The notes under the pieces are model-generated. The model was not told where the DNA came from. It worked only from the letters and a program-made list of their open reading frames with translations, and made no database searches. Shown one piece after another: positions 28,301 through 40,300 of a stretch of DNA of 64,000 nt. The stretch spans positions 27,218,001-27,282,000 of the forward strand of contig OZ004609.1 of NCBI GenBank assembly GCA_963924565.1, read 5' to 3'. How positions within the stretch are numbered: position 1 is the first letter of the stretch; each line of letters begins with the position of its first letter. The position numbers were made by a program, and so were the translations under genes. Origin of the DNA: Ascidiella aspersa (lineage: Eukaryota).

Positions 28301-31300
28301 ACGGGTGATTTACCTTCTACGATAAACTGAAGAAATAATCGATACATTTTTGTGTTTATACAGATTTCTATGAAATTTAGCAAACAATTTGTTTGATGGC
28401 GTGTCCTTCTCGGCGCCATAAAAGATTTATTGGAACGAGAGGAGCAGACGTTTCTCCCAGTCCCGTCAGTCAGGACGGTTGTTAAAAGGAACCGCAAAGG
28501 CTCTCCAAGTGTAATTGCCACGCCATAAAAGAGGAACCGCGAATGAGTTAACGGCCTTCCAAGCAGCGAACAGGTGGCCAGGTCAAAACAAAGATTTCAT
28601 TTTTAGCGCAAAACAATGTGCCAAAGCATGCCTTACAAGCGCAGTAGCCTTGTCTGCGGCTCGATGACAAGACATTGAGTGAAGAGTTGAAAAACGCAAA
28701 CAGCTTGTCAGGCGTCGGCGTGGCTAGTGTGGAAAACACGGGCAGCTATAGTTTGGAACGAACTCGTACTGTTGCAAGTGTGCACAAAAATGCGAAAAGT
28801 GTCAATGGCGCGACCGCAAAAGCCTTGATCAAGTAGCACGCAACGAAAGGCATCTGCGTCGCGTGAGCTTATATGGAAAGCAAAAAAAATGGGCGACGAG
28901 AATTGTACAGCTGTCGCCCGTTCGAAATAATGTCGAAATTTACACAGAGGCGCGTCGACAGTGGCATTCAGCTGAGTCCACAACGCGCGATGCGTGGTGG
29001 ACTGTATGGGCGACAGTACGCGACAGAGAGCAAAGTTTACCATGCCGTGTGAGAAACGATCGTCATGTGACTTCAGCAGGTCGTATCCCAAAAATAAAAC
29101 AACTCGGACTGGATGGCAATATATAACCCTATAGGATATAGGTGTGGCCCTGGCGTGGCCGAGGGGTTTGGGGGACAGCCCATTACTCACAATCTCTGTG
29201 GAGCGAAATTGGTCGTTACGCGACATAAAATACCCTATATCACGTTGCTGGGGGCGACAAGCATAGATTGTAACTTGTGTCTTTCAACGTCGAAAATCCC
29301 CCGCTTTCGGCAGGTTTCGAAAGGTTTACAGAGTCCAAAACAAGTGTAGACTCATTAGCGTTCACGGAGAAGCCGCTTTTACCGTACATGTCTGTTTGGG
29401 ATATTTCAAACCCGCACAAATCCATAAGCTGGCGCGACAGCTCGCGTCTCGCGTCTAGGCCTCAATGCCCGGTTAGCCACAGGGCCTTTTAATAGCAGCA
29501 AAGTATTTTCGATGGCATTCAAAGTATTTTTGACACGTTCCACGCTTCATGGCCTTCAGCAGTTTGGCGCGGCGACGCCGGCGATAGGGCAGCCCAGCAA
29601 ATTAATGTTCTCGCCGCATTCTACCACGTTAATAGCCCAAATAGCCGTAAGCGTGAAAGGTCATCGTCGTGCGCGTCAAAGGGAGTAGTACATAGAACTA
29701 ATTAAAAAGAAGACATGGAAACTTTACAGCCGCCGGGCGTTGCAACGGCCGCAAAACAGACCCAAGACCTCTTAAAAAATGAAAGTACATCCCCGAGCAA
29801 CTACTCTTCGGAGTGCACAAAGATAAACCGTGCAAAACATTTGTGAATTGTGTCCTTTTATGCGCAAGGTATGTAATTTATCAATAGAAATATGCCGCGA
29901 AAGTGCCCCGACTATATGTGTTACGCTTTTTCGCGATGTTATCTTCTGTGAACTTTCGAGCAATATTACAAAAGTAAATGGTCGTTAGCTGCCTGAAAGC
30001 TTTTCTATTCTATTTTGTTTTCGTTGTGTTTTTCACCATTTAATTTACTAATATAAAAAAATAAAGTACATCGAGGCGGAAAATCCTGGAAGGCTAACTC
30101 ACCGCAGCCGAGCTCGTCCGAACCGTCCAGGCAGTCGTTGAAGCCGTCGCAGAGCAGCGCGCGCGGTACGCAGTCGCCGTAGTGCGAGAAACAGCGGAAC
30201 TCCAGGGGAAAGCGGCAAGTTGCGCTCTCAGGGCGAGCTGACGCTCCGGTGGCGCTTGTTACGTTTGACTGCAGATGCGTCACAGTCGTTGACGTCGTGA
30301 ACTTGTCACCTGACAAAAGAAGTACGCGTGTCACAAAGTCGCCGAACGAGACGCAATAAACGTGCCGCGGCATCTGGTAATAATATTGTTAAACGGGCGT
30401 TTTCGCACTATTAAATCGGCGCAACGAAAAGTTTACGCCGCCTTCGCAGTTTGCATTGGCGTGTAAATCGTAAAGCGAAAAATATGCGTCAATGCTCGGC
30501 TTACTTCAACAGAAAGTTACAAAAAACAGGGAGCCACCTGATTTAATAGCGGCCACATAAATTCCCTAATTACAGTAATAACAGTTGCGTAACAGGGCGT
30601 ACACGGGGTGAAAAGTTTAATACAACAATCTTACAAGAGATCTTATTCATTTTATCTAACTGTGAAAAATGCGTGGGTTTGCCGATTATTCCGACCTGTT
30701 GGCATACTTTTTCGAAAAAAGGTCAAGCTATTTCGAGATCGAGTATATAAGAAGGTTTCACCATGTCGTTGTTCAGTTTATAGCTCAGAAGCTTAGGATG
30801 GGCCATACCCAGGCCCGCCGGCAACATCACCACCTTTAGACTGCGAAACATTGATAAATTCTGTGATTTCCAAACTGTTTTTCTATTTCGTTCTGTAAAA
30901 ACGATTAATCAAGAAACCGTAATCATTAACCGCAAATGTGTTTAATTGTTCGGTGTTAGTAATACTTTTTGTGTTGCACTATTAAAAAACCTGTTCACAT
31001 TTTCGTAACATTCATCAAGCTGACTGTATGTGCCCGGTAAACAATCCGCAAATGATGCTGTGGCCCAGATGCCATTGGAATATTGGACCACCCTGATACC
31101 ATATGAGCTACACAATTGAAAAACGGTATCGATGGCCAAGCGCTACCGAACGAAAACAACACTTCGAGTTGCAATTTTACTTTAAAAACAAAATGCGTGA
31201 CTCATCGGCGATTAGCCGATTCATCAACGTCAGTCCAACTTGTCCCTGGTAGGACACACGTCAGTGGATGTTGGCATAATCCCATTTCGAATTCGAAGCG

Positions 31301-34300
31301 AAATAACAATCCCGAGTGCACTCACTTCACCCAAAAAACACAAACGCGGCCGGCCGTTGGTTAATAACCGCCGTACTCAAAAGTCCCGTTAACTCAAGTG
31401 CCCTTGTATCATTTATAAATATATATACGAAAGTCGTAAGGCCAGTTTCCCAGCTGGCGCTAGAACAGGTTTACTTTTGGAAAGAAAATATTTTCTCAAT
31501 AAAACTCCCCAACGTAAATATAAATTTGAGACATTTCACAAAGACGATGTTTTTACAGCGTTTGAAGAAATGGATTGTAGCCTAAAAATACATATACTTG
31601 TTCCGTGATACAATCCGTAACATTAAACGCTTTTCAGTCTATTAATGATTGATAACCCGTTTAACTAACTGTGCATAGGCGTTTTAGGCAGCAAGGTGTG
31701 TATAACGTTTTCTCGATTTAGGCACTCAAAAAAGGAAGGTGCAAATAGAATTTGATAAATGAGGAAATACGTGAATTTCTGGTAGAGGGGGCGAGTTTCT
31801 CAAAGCAAACTTATTGGTCGAACAAAAGAACACTATCCTCGCCATCTACCAAAAGTCTAGCAGGAATGCTGACCACAAAACCTGCACCTTCGCATTGGTG
31901 CACATTGCACAGTAACATGGCGAACTCGCGCCCCACGGTAGATGGCATCGCATAACACACCAAGTCAGCAGAAATGCTTGCGGCAGTCTTTGGAACCGAT
32001 TCATATCGTGTTAATTGGAAAAAAATGCACTTTACAGAAGGGCTTGGTGATAATTCCATGGCGGAAACAAATCTTGCTTCACTGCAACGGAACCAGGTGA
32101 AGTTTGATATACATCGTATGAGAAATAAAAAAAACGCAATTCGCCCAATTATGAATTGCAAAGGGAATCGCTTTCGACTTCCCGAAATAGTCCGCTTGTG
32201 AACTGAACGCGGAGGTCTTGAAAAGTTAATTTCCGGCACAACAAAACACTTCCAGGTTTACACCTGCTGCGTGTGCCAGCAATAGGCGCTCGAGTGCACA
32301 ACTAACAGCATTATGCCGCCTCAACACTTCCTCGGCATAAAGCAATGCTGACATTGCGCTGAAACGCCGACCGCCGCTTTGGGTTGCCGGCTGATTGGCT
32401 ACCGTTTTGGTAATTGATGCTGGGCTTGTTGTTGGTTGGATCTGCTCAACTTAGGGCGGGCGTGGTAATTAGGGCGGGTTTGCACGCAAGTCTCACGCTG
32501 CAAAACCGGATTGTTGCTAAAATACTTGGCAGTTCCTCAAAACCGGAGGCAGTTCTTGTCTGCATAAAGATCTGCTCTGCATTTGCGCTACATGAGGTAT
32601 TTTTAACACCTGCCCCATTCGATTCTAACAATCGAGTTTGGAAGTACACAACAACGTAACACTTTATTCGACAAGCCACTAACCAGGATCGAATTTGTAG
32701 CAATACTTGTTTCTTGTTCATGATTATAGCTGAAAAGATAATTACAGATTGAAACATTAAAACAATGGATTTCACCCTTTGCTTTGGTTTACGAATCGAG
32801 ATGAGCGAATGAGAAAAAATATCAAAGGCGTTGCCTTCAGGCTTCTTCGGGTTGGGAATATCTAAAATATTCGATTGCAGGCACATTTAACAGCCAAGCG
32901 GTTTCCTACTGTTTGCGGTGGGGCTTATCAAAAGGCTTTACGGTACGAATTCGTAGTGGCGAAAACCCGGTGAACTAATCCCCCGAATTCCTCTAACCGC
33001 AAAACAATACGTGTGACACCGAGGACGCCGCTGATAAGCAGGATCAACCTATAGCAGCCGATCACCATCAATAGTTATCGAACACCGTGGGAACTAACCT
33101 TCACCCCCGGAAAAGTGCCTGCTTTAACGGCGTATCGCTGCCTTTTTCCACCTGTGTTTGTAACCGAAGCTGCGAGGACTGAAAGGCCCAAAAGCAGGGT
33201 ACTGTTAAAAAAGGTCATGGGGTTCAGCGAAGCAGTGGGTTTTGAACATCGGGGAATGCTCAACTTTCAGTGGCATTTTTAAACTCGAAAAGGGCGTGGA
33301 AAAGGGAGCAAAAATGGGGTGTGAACCTGTTTGAAGTGGCTGCGCGAGGCGGTATGGCAAGGCCCTCCGGGGATGTCAGCAGTCGGAACGCGCCCGTTGG
33401 CGCTGCGGCGTTTCGCAGCTCGCGAGTGTGTCGATCATAAACACGAAAGGCACGCGATGAGGTCAAGGGCAGACAAGTTTTGTTGAAAGCATCAGCAACG
33501 GCGATAAGGCTCGAAATCCGACAGGCGCGGGTTTCGCAGAGCACGCAAATCCAAAACAGCTTAAGGTGCTGCTGGTTTTGTACAAGCAAGGCGGGCTCCA
33601 GACCGCCGGACTACTGGATGCAAATGAAGACAAATGCGACTTGACGGCGTTGGGGTAGTCGCCTTCGCTTCGTATCGGTAACAGTTTTTTTTTCGTATCG
33701 GTAACAGTTGCAACCTGTAACTTTCCATCGGGGCCCAACACCTCCGGCGGGAAAAGGCAGGACCGCAGAAAATGCGTCATTCTCCCAACGCGCGGTTATT
33801 TGGCTGCGGTCGCCGGAATGAAAGTATTTCGCAAGCGCCGACCGACGAGAAATGCAACTTAATACAAGGTAAACTGTGTGCTGATCTATCTGTCAATGGC
33901 CGGCGCGGGTTGTTGCGCTTTTGAGGGCGGGTGACGTCTTTTGGTGGTCGACGATTGTTCTAGGCCGGTTAATGTGAAAGGATTGTTGACTGGTGAGTTT
34001 ATCCACCGGAATTCCTTTGCTGTGTACCGGAAGCTCTATGGCACATTCGACAAAGTGGCGGATTACCGCGAAAGCCGGATTTTGAAAAAAGGGGTTTTAG
34101 TTCGTTTGGGTTAAATTGCTTTCAGGAATTCGGATGAGCCGGCCACTCAGCGGAATACCCTTTTCGCACGTGCTTTGTTCAAAGTGTTGCATAGTAAATT
34201 CAGTACAAAAGCCAAATAAGGCCGCGCGTAATTCGATCTCACGGTGTATTTGGGGGCGCGAGCGCGAAATGAATTTTGTCGCAGGAATTCCGATGACTTG

Positions 34301-37300
34301 GGCACGTTTTTCAGGAATTTGCGTGGCACCGCAACGATCGGATTCGTTTTGGGGCGTGCGACAGCGGGGGTCGACGTCCAATATGAACACTCATATTTGG
34401 CCAATACACTTGACAGCGGGGAACCAAAGTATTTGGATCCTGCGATTTGGCGAGCAATTTTCGCGAGCGCGAGTCAAGGCTATATCTTTAGTTTCGCCTG
34501 TTTACGAGTCAATATATGTCCATCCAGCGTCGCGTTGGCATGTTTGTCCGCGTTAGCAGCGAGTAACGAGAAGTGCATCATCCGGCAAACGCAGCAGCCC
34601 CATGTAGCAGCTACCGGTTCGACAACACGGTCTTGTTTAATAGGCCAAGATCATAACATCAACGCGTCTGACCGCGGCGCTTGTTTGCTCGCCACACTTA
34701 ACCCGGCCCGGTTTTACGGCGAAATCCCGCTGTATGATTATCGCCGGCGTAAACAATTTCGAAACACAACGCTTGTTTTGGAATCGCTGTTTTTTCTTGA
34801 TTTCTGTTGCGCGCCTCAAGTCCATCGCCAGCAGCGTTTGCGCTCGGTTGTCATGGAACGCGCAAATGTTTGAGCACCTCTGGCATTTCGCACGGCCGTC
34901 TTTCGTCGCGAGCGCGAGATCATTGATACCACGCCCACCATATTTCGAGCAAAATATTTGACCGACGCAGCACTGCCAATATGCGAGACAAACAATAAGG
35001 CATCTCGAGGACTGCTTTGGTGTGTCGACAGTAGTCAGGACAATAATGAGAAAAATGTCGGGCGACACTTATCGATCCCGCAGATATACTCGCAACCGAC
35101 CACTTATGTGTGTCCCTTAGCTCACTTTCGCACACAAAGGCCCGCGTCTTCGTAACCTGGCAATGTTTAGGTAAGGAAGCGGGCTGAGCAACGTCTAAAC
35201 AAGCATTACCAAAACTGAATCATACATTATACATCGGGAGCGCACAACGCTAGTATGGCTTGTCTTTCTCTGTATAAACAACAAAGTCTCGATGGGGCCC
35301 ATTGTTCTATTTCCATTAGGCTGACGCAACGGCAAAGTTATATTGTCACTAGTTCCCGTCGTTTCCTGGATTCCGCCATTTCGTTGACGACTGACGTCAT
35401 CTCAAGTGATCGAAGCATTTCTCCGTTGAATCGCGGCGCAAAAATTTCAGTTAAACAAATGGCTTCAAAGGCATTTCAGGGTCAGAAAGTGTATAAAATT
35501 CCAGGAGAGTATAGATCAGTGGTTCTCAAAGTTTTTTGACTTGCGGCATACTAAAAAATTCGCGATTCGCAAAACAATAATATCATAACTTAACAATGGC
35601 CGCTTAATACACGGCAATGGGTAAATACCATAATACCGTTAGTTTAATAATGGATTTTGTGCTTTAGTCTCGCGTGCTTTTCTGTGTGCCTAATAGCAAC
35701 ACAAAAATATATGTAAAAAGTAAGTTTGGGGGCACAGAGAGAATCTCACGACTCACATTGGTGTGTACACAGTTAAAGACTCACTGCTATAGATTTACGG
35801 TCACGGGCCGCAAGTAAATTTTAGGGGTTAATTTTTGGAAAATTAAGTCATCTTTCTCTCACATTTTTGAAACCATTTTTCCAAAATTGTTACATTGACG
35901 TAATCACAATTAGTTTTCTCATCGTATTGGCATTTTCTTAGTTATCAAAAATCAGTAAACTCGTGGTTTCGAGAAAAAAAACTTCAAAACGCCTCGTTGT
36001 GTGACTAAAATGGTGACGTATACCGCCCTTATCACCCAGTTATAAGATATGTACTATATTTGGCTTTGTTTGAACATACGGGTATGACAGGGTGTGTAAA
36101 GGTGGACGCTTGGACACTTTGATGGCGTGTCATGTTGAGTAAGCAAAAAAGGATAACGGTTACGTCGCTTTATAAAAAAATCGCGGGGAAAACGTCAGCT
36201 ATTGAGATGAAAGTTTGCGTGTCGAGCTGTTTGTCTTTTCAACTTTCTTTCGTGAGGCTTAAAGCCCGGCGCCTGAAAACTTATAGCACGACAGTTGCGA
36301 GCTATTTTGCGGGAGTGTGTTGCCAGAGCGCCATTCACGATTGATTGGCGTCGAGAGATTGAGGTCCTCGCGTCGACAGGAGGCCGTTTCACATTCGACA
36401 CAATCGACTCGGATACAAAAATACTCGGCCCAGAACAATACCGGTACAGAGTCGTCCGTCAACGCAGGCCCCGTTAGGCACACAAGGGGTACACCTCTGA
36501 GGCATAGCATAGCGACAGTAAGTAATATGGCGCTTCGTATGCACATCACGTCACACCCTTGTCTGTTTTTCGGCGATAAATCCTCGGCCGTGTTCGCCTG
36601 TTTAAGATGGCAAACTCACGCACCCGACGCACACAATCGACCGCGTCCACAAAGCCCGACCCAGAACAAGCGACCATTCAATGCGCCCGAAATAAGCGAC
36701 GCGCCCCCGCCCCCGTAAACTGCTCCCGTATTGTTCTCGGCCTCGTTAAGTTGACGTTCGCCTTACGCTGACGAGATTTCTTCATTTGAGCCAATACCTG
36801 ACGCGTGGTGCGTGCTCGCGTTTTCCCTCGTCGACTGCCAAGTTGTACCGGCCGTCGTTGCTGCTGTTGTTCGCTGTTGCCTGGTAACGGCGCGCGACGT
36901 CGTGGCCACGTTTTCGACGGTGGACATGGATGACGTGGGAGGTTTCTGCCGATGTCGCCCTGAACCTTGAAAAATACAGATCGCTGCGTAAGCATTCTGG
37001 TTTAACTGCGAGCCTGAATAGGTTTGCAAGCTGCGAAGCAAGTCCCAACCCAATATACGGAAACTATTTTACCAAGCTATTCCAGCTATTTGTTCCTCTC
37101 CAGCCATATACAAGGATATTTTAAAAATGCTAATTAAAAATCTAAATCAACATTCCTAAACGAAAAATTTAAAGTTTGTGAAGAGAATAAAGCTATTTGT
37201 TGTCGCCTCTCTTCAACAGCGATTGCTTTTTACAACGCGGTCATCAGCAATACCTTATTTTTTACTGGACTTTGAGAACATTTAGTCGTATAAGAATATT

Positions 37301-40300
37301 AAGGGCAATTCTGATAAGATTGGCTACAGAGATTGTGCGTTTGGAGAATACTTGGCCTAATATACATTTTGTCGATTTGCGATGTTTGCTTGTCCATTAA
37401 GTTCTGAAGTTGTCCTTCAAGGACATTGTGGACACTTCACCTTCGACTATTTATTCGAATCCATTAGTGATTACAGCGGAGGCTTTGTACATCACCTGTA
37501 GCACTGTTTGCGTTGCTAATTTGTACGGATCATGCAGCAAATATTTCACCAACAGGTTGTAAATTTCGGTCGCGTTAACGACGCCGCTGCCAAAAGCGTT
37601 TATGGCCTGTTGACAGTAAATAGCCACTTCATACACAGTAAACGCACTTAAAGAGACGCGATTGCAACGTGTACCTGACCTTACAGGTACACGCTGTTAT
37701 TAAATGGTATCCAAAACACACGGGAGCCTAACTACGCAAACGACTCGGTAGTGTCCCGCATTTAGCCCCTCGCTTGCGGCCGCCAACAATAGGCACGTGG
37801 TTTCACGATCTATTCAAATGCGAGTCCACAGCTACCAGCGCGGTATAGTGACAATAATAACGCAATCGAATTTCAGGCCTCACCCCGTTTTGGAATGTGA
37901 TCGATGTCGTTCGGGTCCAACCTTTCTGGACTCACATGATAAAGGGGACAAAGTTAAATATGACGTCATCCCCAACATCAGTCACTAGCTGCCGAAATGC
38001 TGGTCGAAAGTTCGTTTTACGGCGTCTAACCGCCAAAACCATGACAATGCGTTTCCCGCAGACCAATATTTGTTTTCGTATCGCGGATTTCGTTGAGTGT
38101 GTGGATTCCACTATATCAATCGATAAGAGGTAAATCACAACGGAAACGTGAAAACGCATCGTCGTAAACAAGACCCTATAACCGTGAAGCGCAAACAGAA
38201 CCGTATCCGTTTGGAAAATTCCAGACGTAAGAAACCCTGGAAAATTTGCGCTGTAAACTTACTAAAACTGTCCTGAGAGACAGACACAAACAGTCGAAGT
38301 TCATATTTTTTTGATAAATAGATTTATTGGTTTGTTTATAAATAGGAAAAACAACATATAAAAACGAAACGAAAGTAAAAAGTGAAAAGGCGTTCTGCTT
38401 ATAGTGAGGCGAGAGAAATACGCCGAGTTTTGAAACACAAAACGCAACACGACAAAGTATATTGCGCTCAGTCGTCAATGCTCAGCCGCGCGGAACAGCG
38501 CGACGACCTTCATAGCAATTAGTAGTCGAAGGCTGCGATTCGAAGTTAAACTGCTGAAGCGACATCGAAAAGGCAAGAGGGCAGTGAAAAGCAGCATGTT
38601 TATTCGAATAAGAACGTATTCGCGCTGTCAGAGACAATGCATTACGGATAAACCCCACGAATCTTTTATTGAGGGGAGTTAACGTCGGTTGTGCGTCTTT
38701 TTACGAGAGGCAATAACCTCAAAATGGCCTTCGAGATGACTAGTATCCCCTTTAAAAATGCGCCGTTTTCATGCCTGCCTATGGCCTCATGCAGAGGCAG
38801 AACATTTCCAGCCCTTTGGTCAGGCGAGTGGCTTCGAAAGGTGGACATTTAAACGACGCATGAAAGACGCAGGACCGGACGAGTTTCCGTAATTGGGCGC
38901 GCAGCAACGATCACATCAGGTCGGGTTACAAGCACTGGTTCATCACGCGCAAAACGTCGGCTTTGCAATATGCGTGCGGTAGGAGAGGTTTATTGAAAAA
39001 TCCCGGCCGAGCCACTGCAGTAAGGGCAACGCAATAAAACATGATTCGTTGACGATAAGGAACGGGAGCTACAAGGGCAATACCCTGAAAGGGATAAAGA
39101 TGAAACAACAACAACAAATGACATCTACAGGTTTGGAAAGCATCGCTAAGTATTTGCTCGCCACCACAAAGAAGTGGCGGCAAAGTCAAGTTGGTCTAAC
39201 AACTGCCACTACCAGTTTAATGTCGGTGAGCTAGGAAAAGGCTATACGAGGAAAAAAACAAACTTGACCGACAGTGCTTATGCGTAATAGAACAAGTACA
39301 GTGTAAGAGCGCGTTTAAAAGATTATACTGCTGGTGGTGAAAATCGGCCTGGCGAGACTCAACAAACCGAGTATACGAAAATACAATGTTAGCAGGAACG
39401 TTTGACGCTCTTGCCAAGCGCTCATACGAAACGGCACGAAATACGTTGGAAAAGAAAGTAAGAGTTCATGATTCGTTTGACAAAGTGAAGAAGCGAGGTA
39501 AGTTGGGCGTCGTCGGAACAGGCGCTGAGGTATATTTTACATCCCACATGCACTGGGATGGCATCCGCATTCATTCCTCCTCGTATCTCCTCACGAGTAA
39601 GCCGGATGCTCCAAAATAACCTCACAAAAGAGCAGACAGCAGCTGAAGAAGCCTAGATCTCAACTTCCAGGCTGAGGGTCATCTTCGGCTCAGCGGCTAC
39701 TCCTCCCTGCGCCGCCGCGTCACCCTTGTTGCCGCCGATTTTCACGCTTAATGCGATGTCGCGGTTGTCCAGGTCAGCGGCTACCATCTTGCTCATCTGC
39801 TTGATCATCTGGCCGAGAAGGCCCTTGAACCTCGCCTTGTATACAGCAGACGATTTGGTGGATTTTACTACGGGCAGTTCGCTGGGGATCTGGTTGCTCT
39901 TTAACGCTTGGGAGTTGATGCTAGGTTGTTGCGCACCTCCAAGTGCCAAACTCTGAAGCATCTGTTCGGCTTGACTGTCTGACAAGTGCTCCATTGGCGG
40001 GAGCTCGTGAAGAGACGAAGCGACAGAAGCCTCGGGCGCCGTTTCTCCCGATTCACCGACGAATTTAGGTGCTAGGTCGGGCATTGGCCTGAATCGGTGC
40101 ACAGCGTTGAAGCCGGCGTTCTGGTGGCGGGCAGGCGCCGCTGGCGTTGGCATTTCGACGGCGACGGCCGGCGGTGGCGGGCTGGCCCTGTGCACGGGAC
40201 GGCGGTTATGCGAGATCACGTCAAAAGATGACGGCGCCTTGCTGACGGCTGGAATCTTTTTTGGGATTCTGAATGCGGCGTCGGGATGTTCAAATTCCGG

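Noticed and set aside
27225-29430. MAM-domain / MALRD1-like interpretation
   Set aside because: Only scattered resemblance; trypsin plus CUB remnants account for more motifs in order.
30809-31320. Beta/gamma-crystallin-like reading (LPGTY..NSLKVV)
   Set aside because: Better explained as the S1 C-terminus (G.W..S..C.PG.Y), given the ordered upstream protease motifs.
34244-34873. Long plus-strand ORFs (this 209-aa ORF, also 958-1335, 26644-26919, 40107-40415, 63460-63852)
   Set aside because: They are antisense shadows of real or fossil minus-strand exons, with no domains or splice logic.
36259-36549. ORF with a signal-peptide-like start as first exon of a separate gene
   Set aside because: It lies inside the fossil SRCR/activation segment, has no good donor and does not lead to a coherent protein.
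39049-39234. Short plus-strand ORF with QQQQ
   Set aside because: It is a small caa repeat within the likely 3'UTR of the short isoform.
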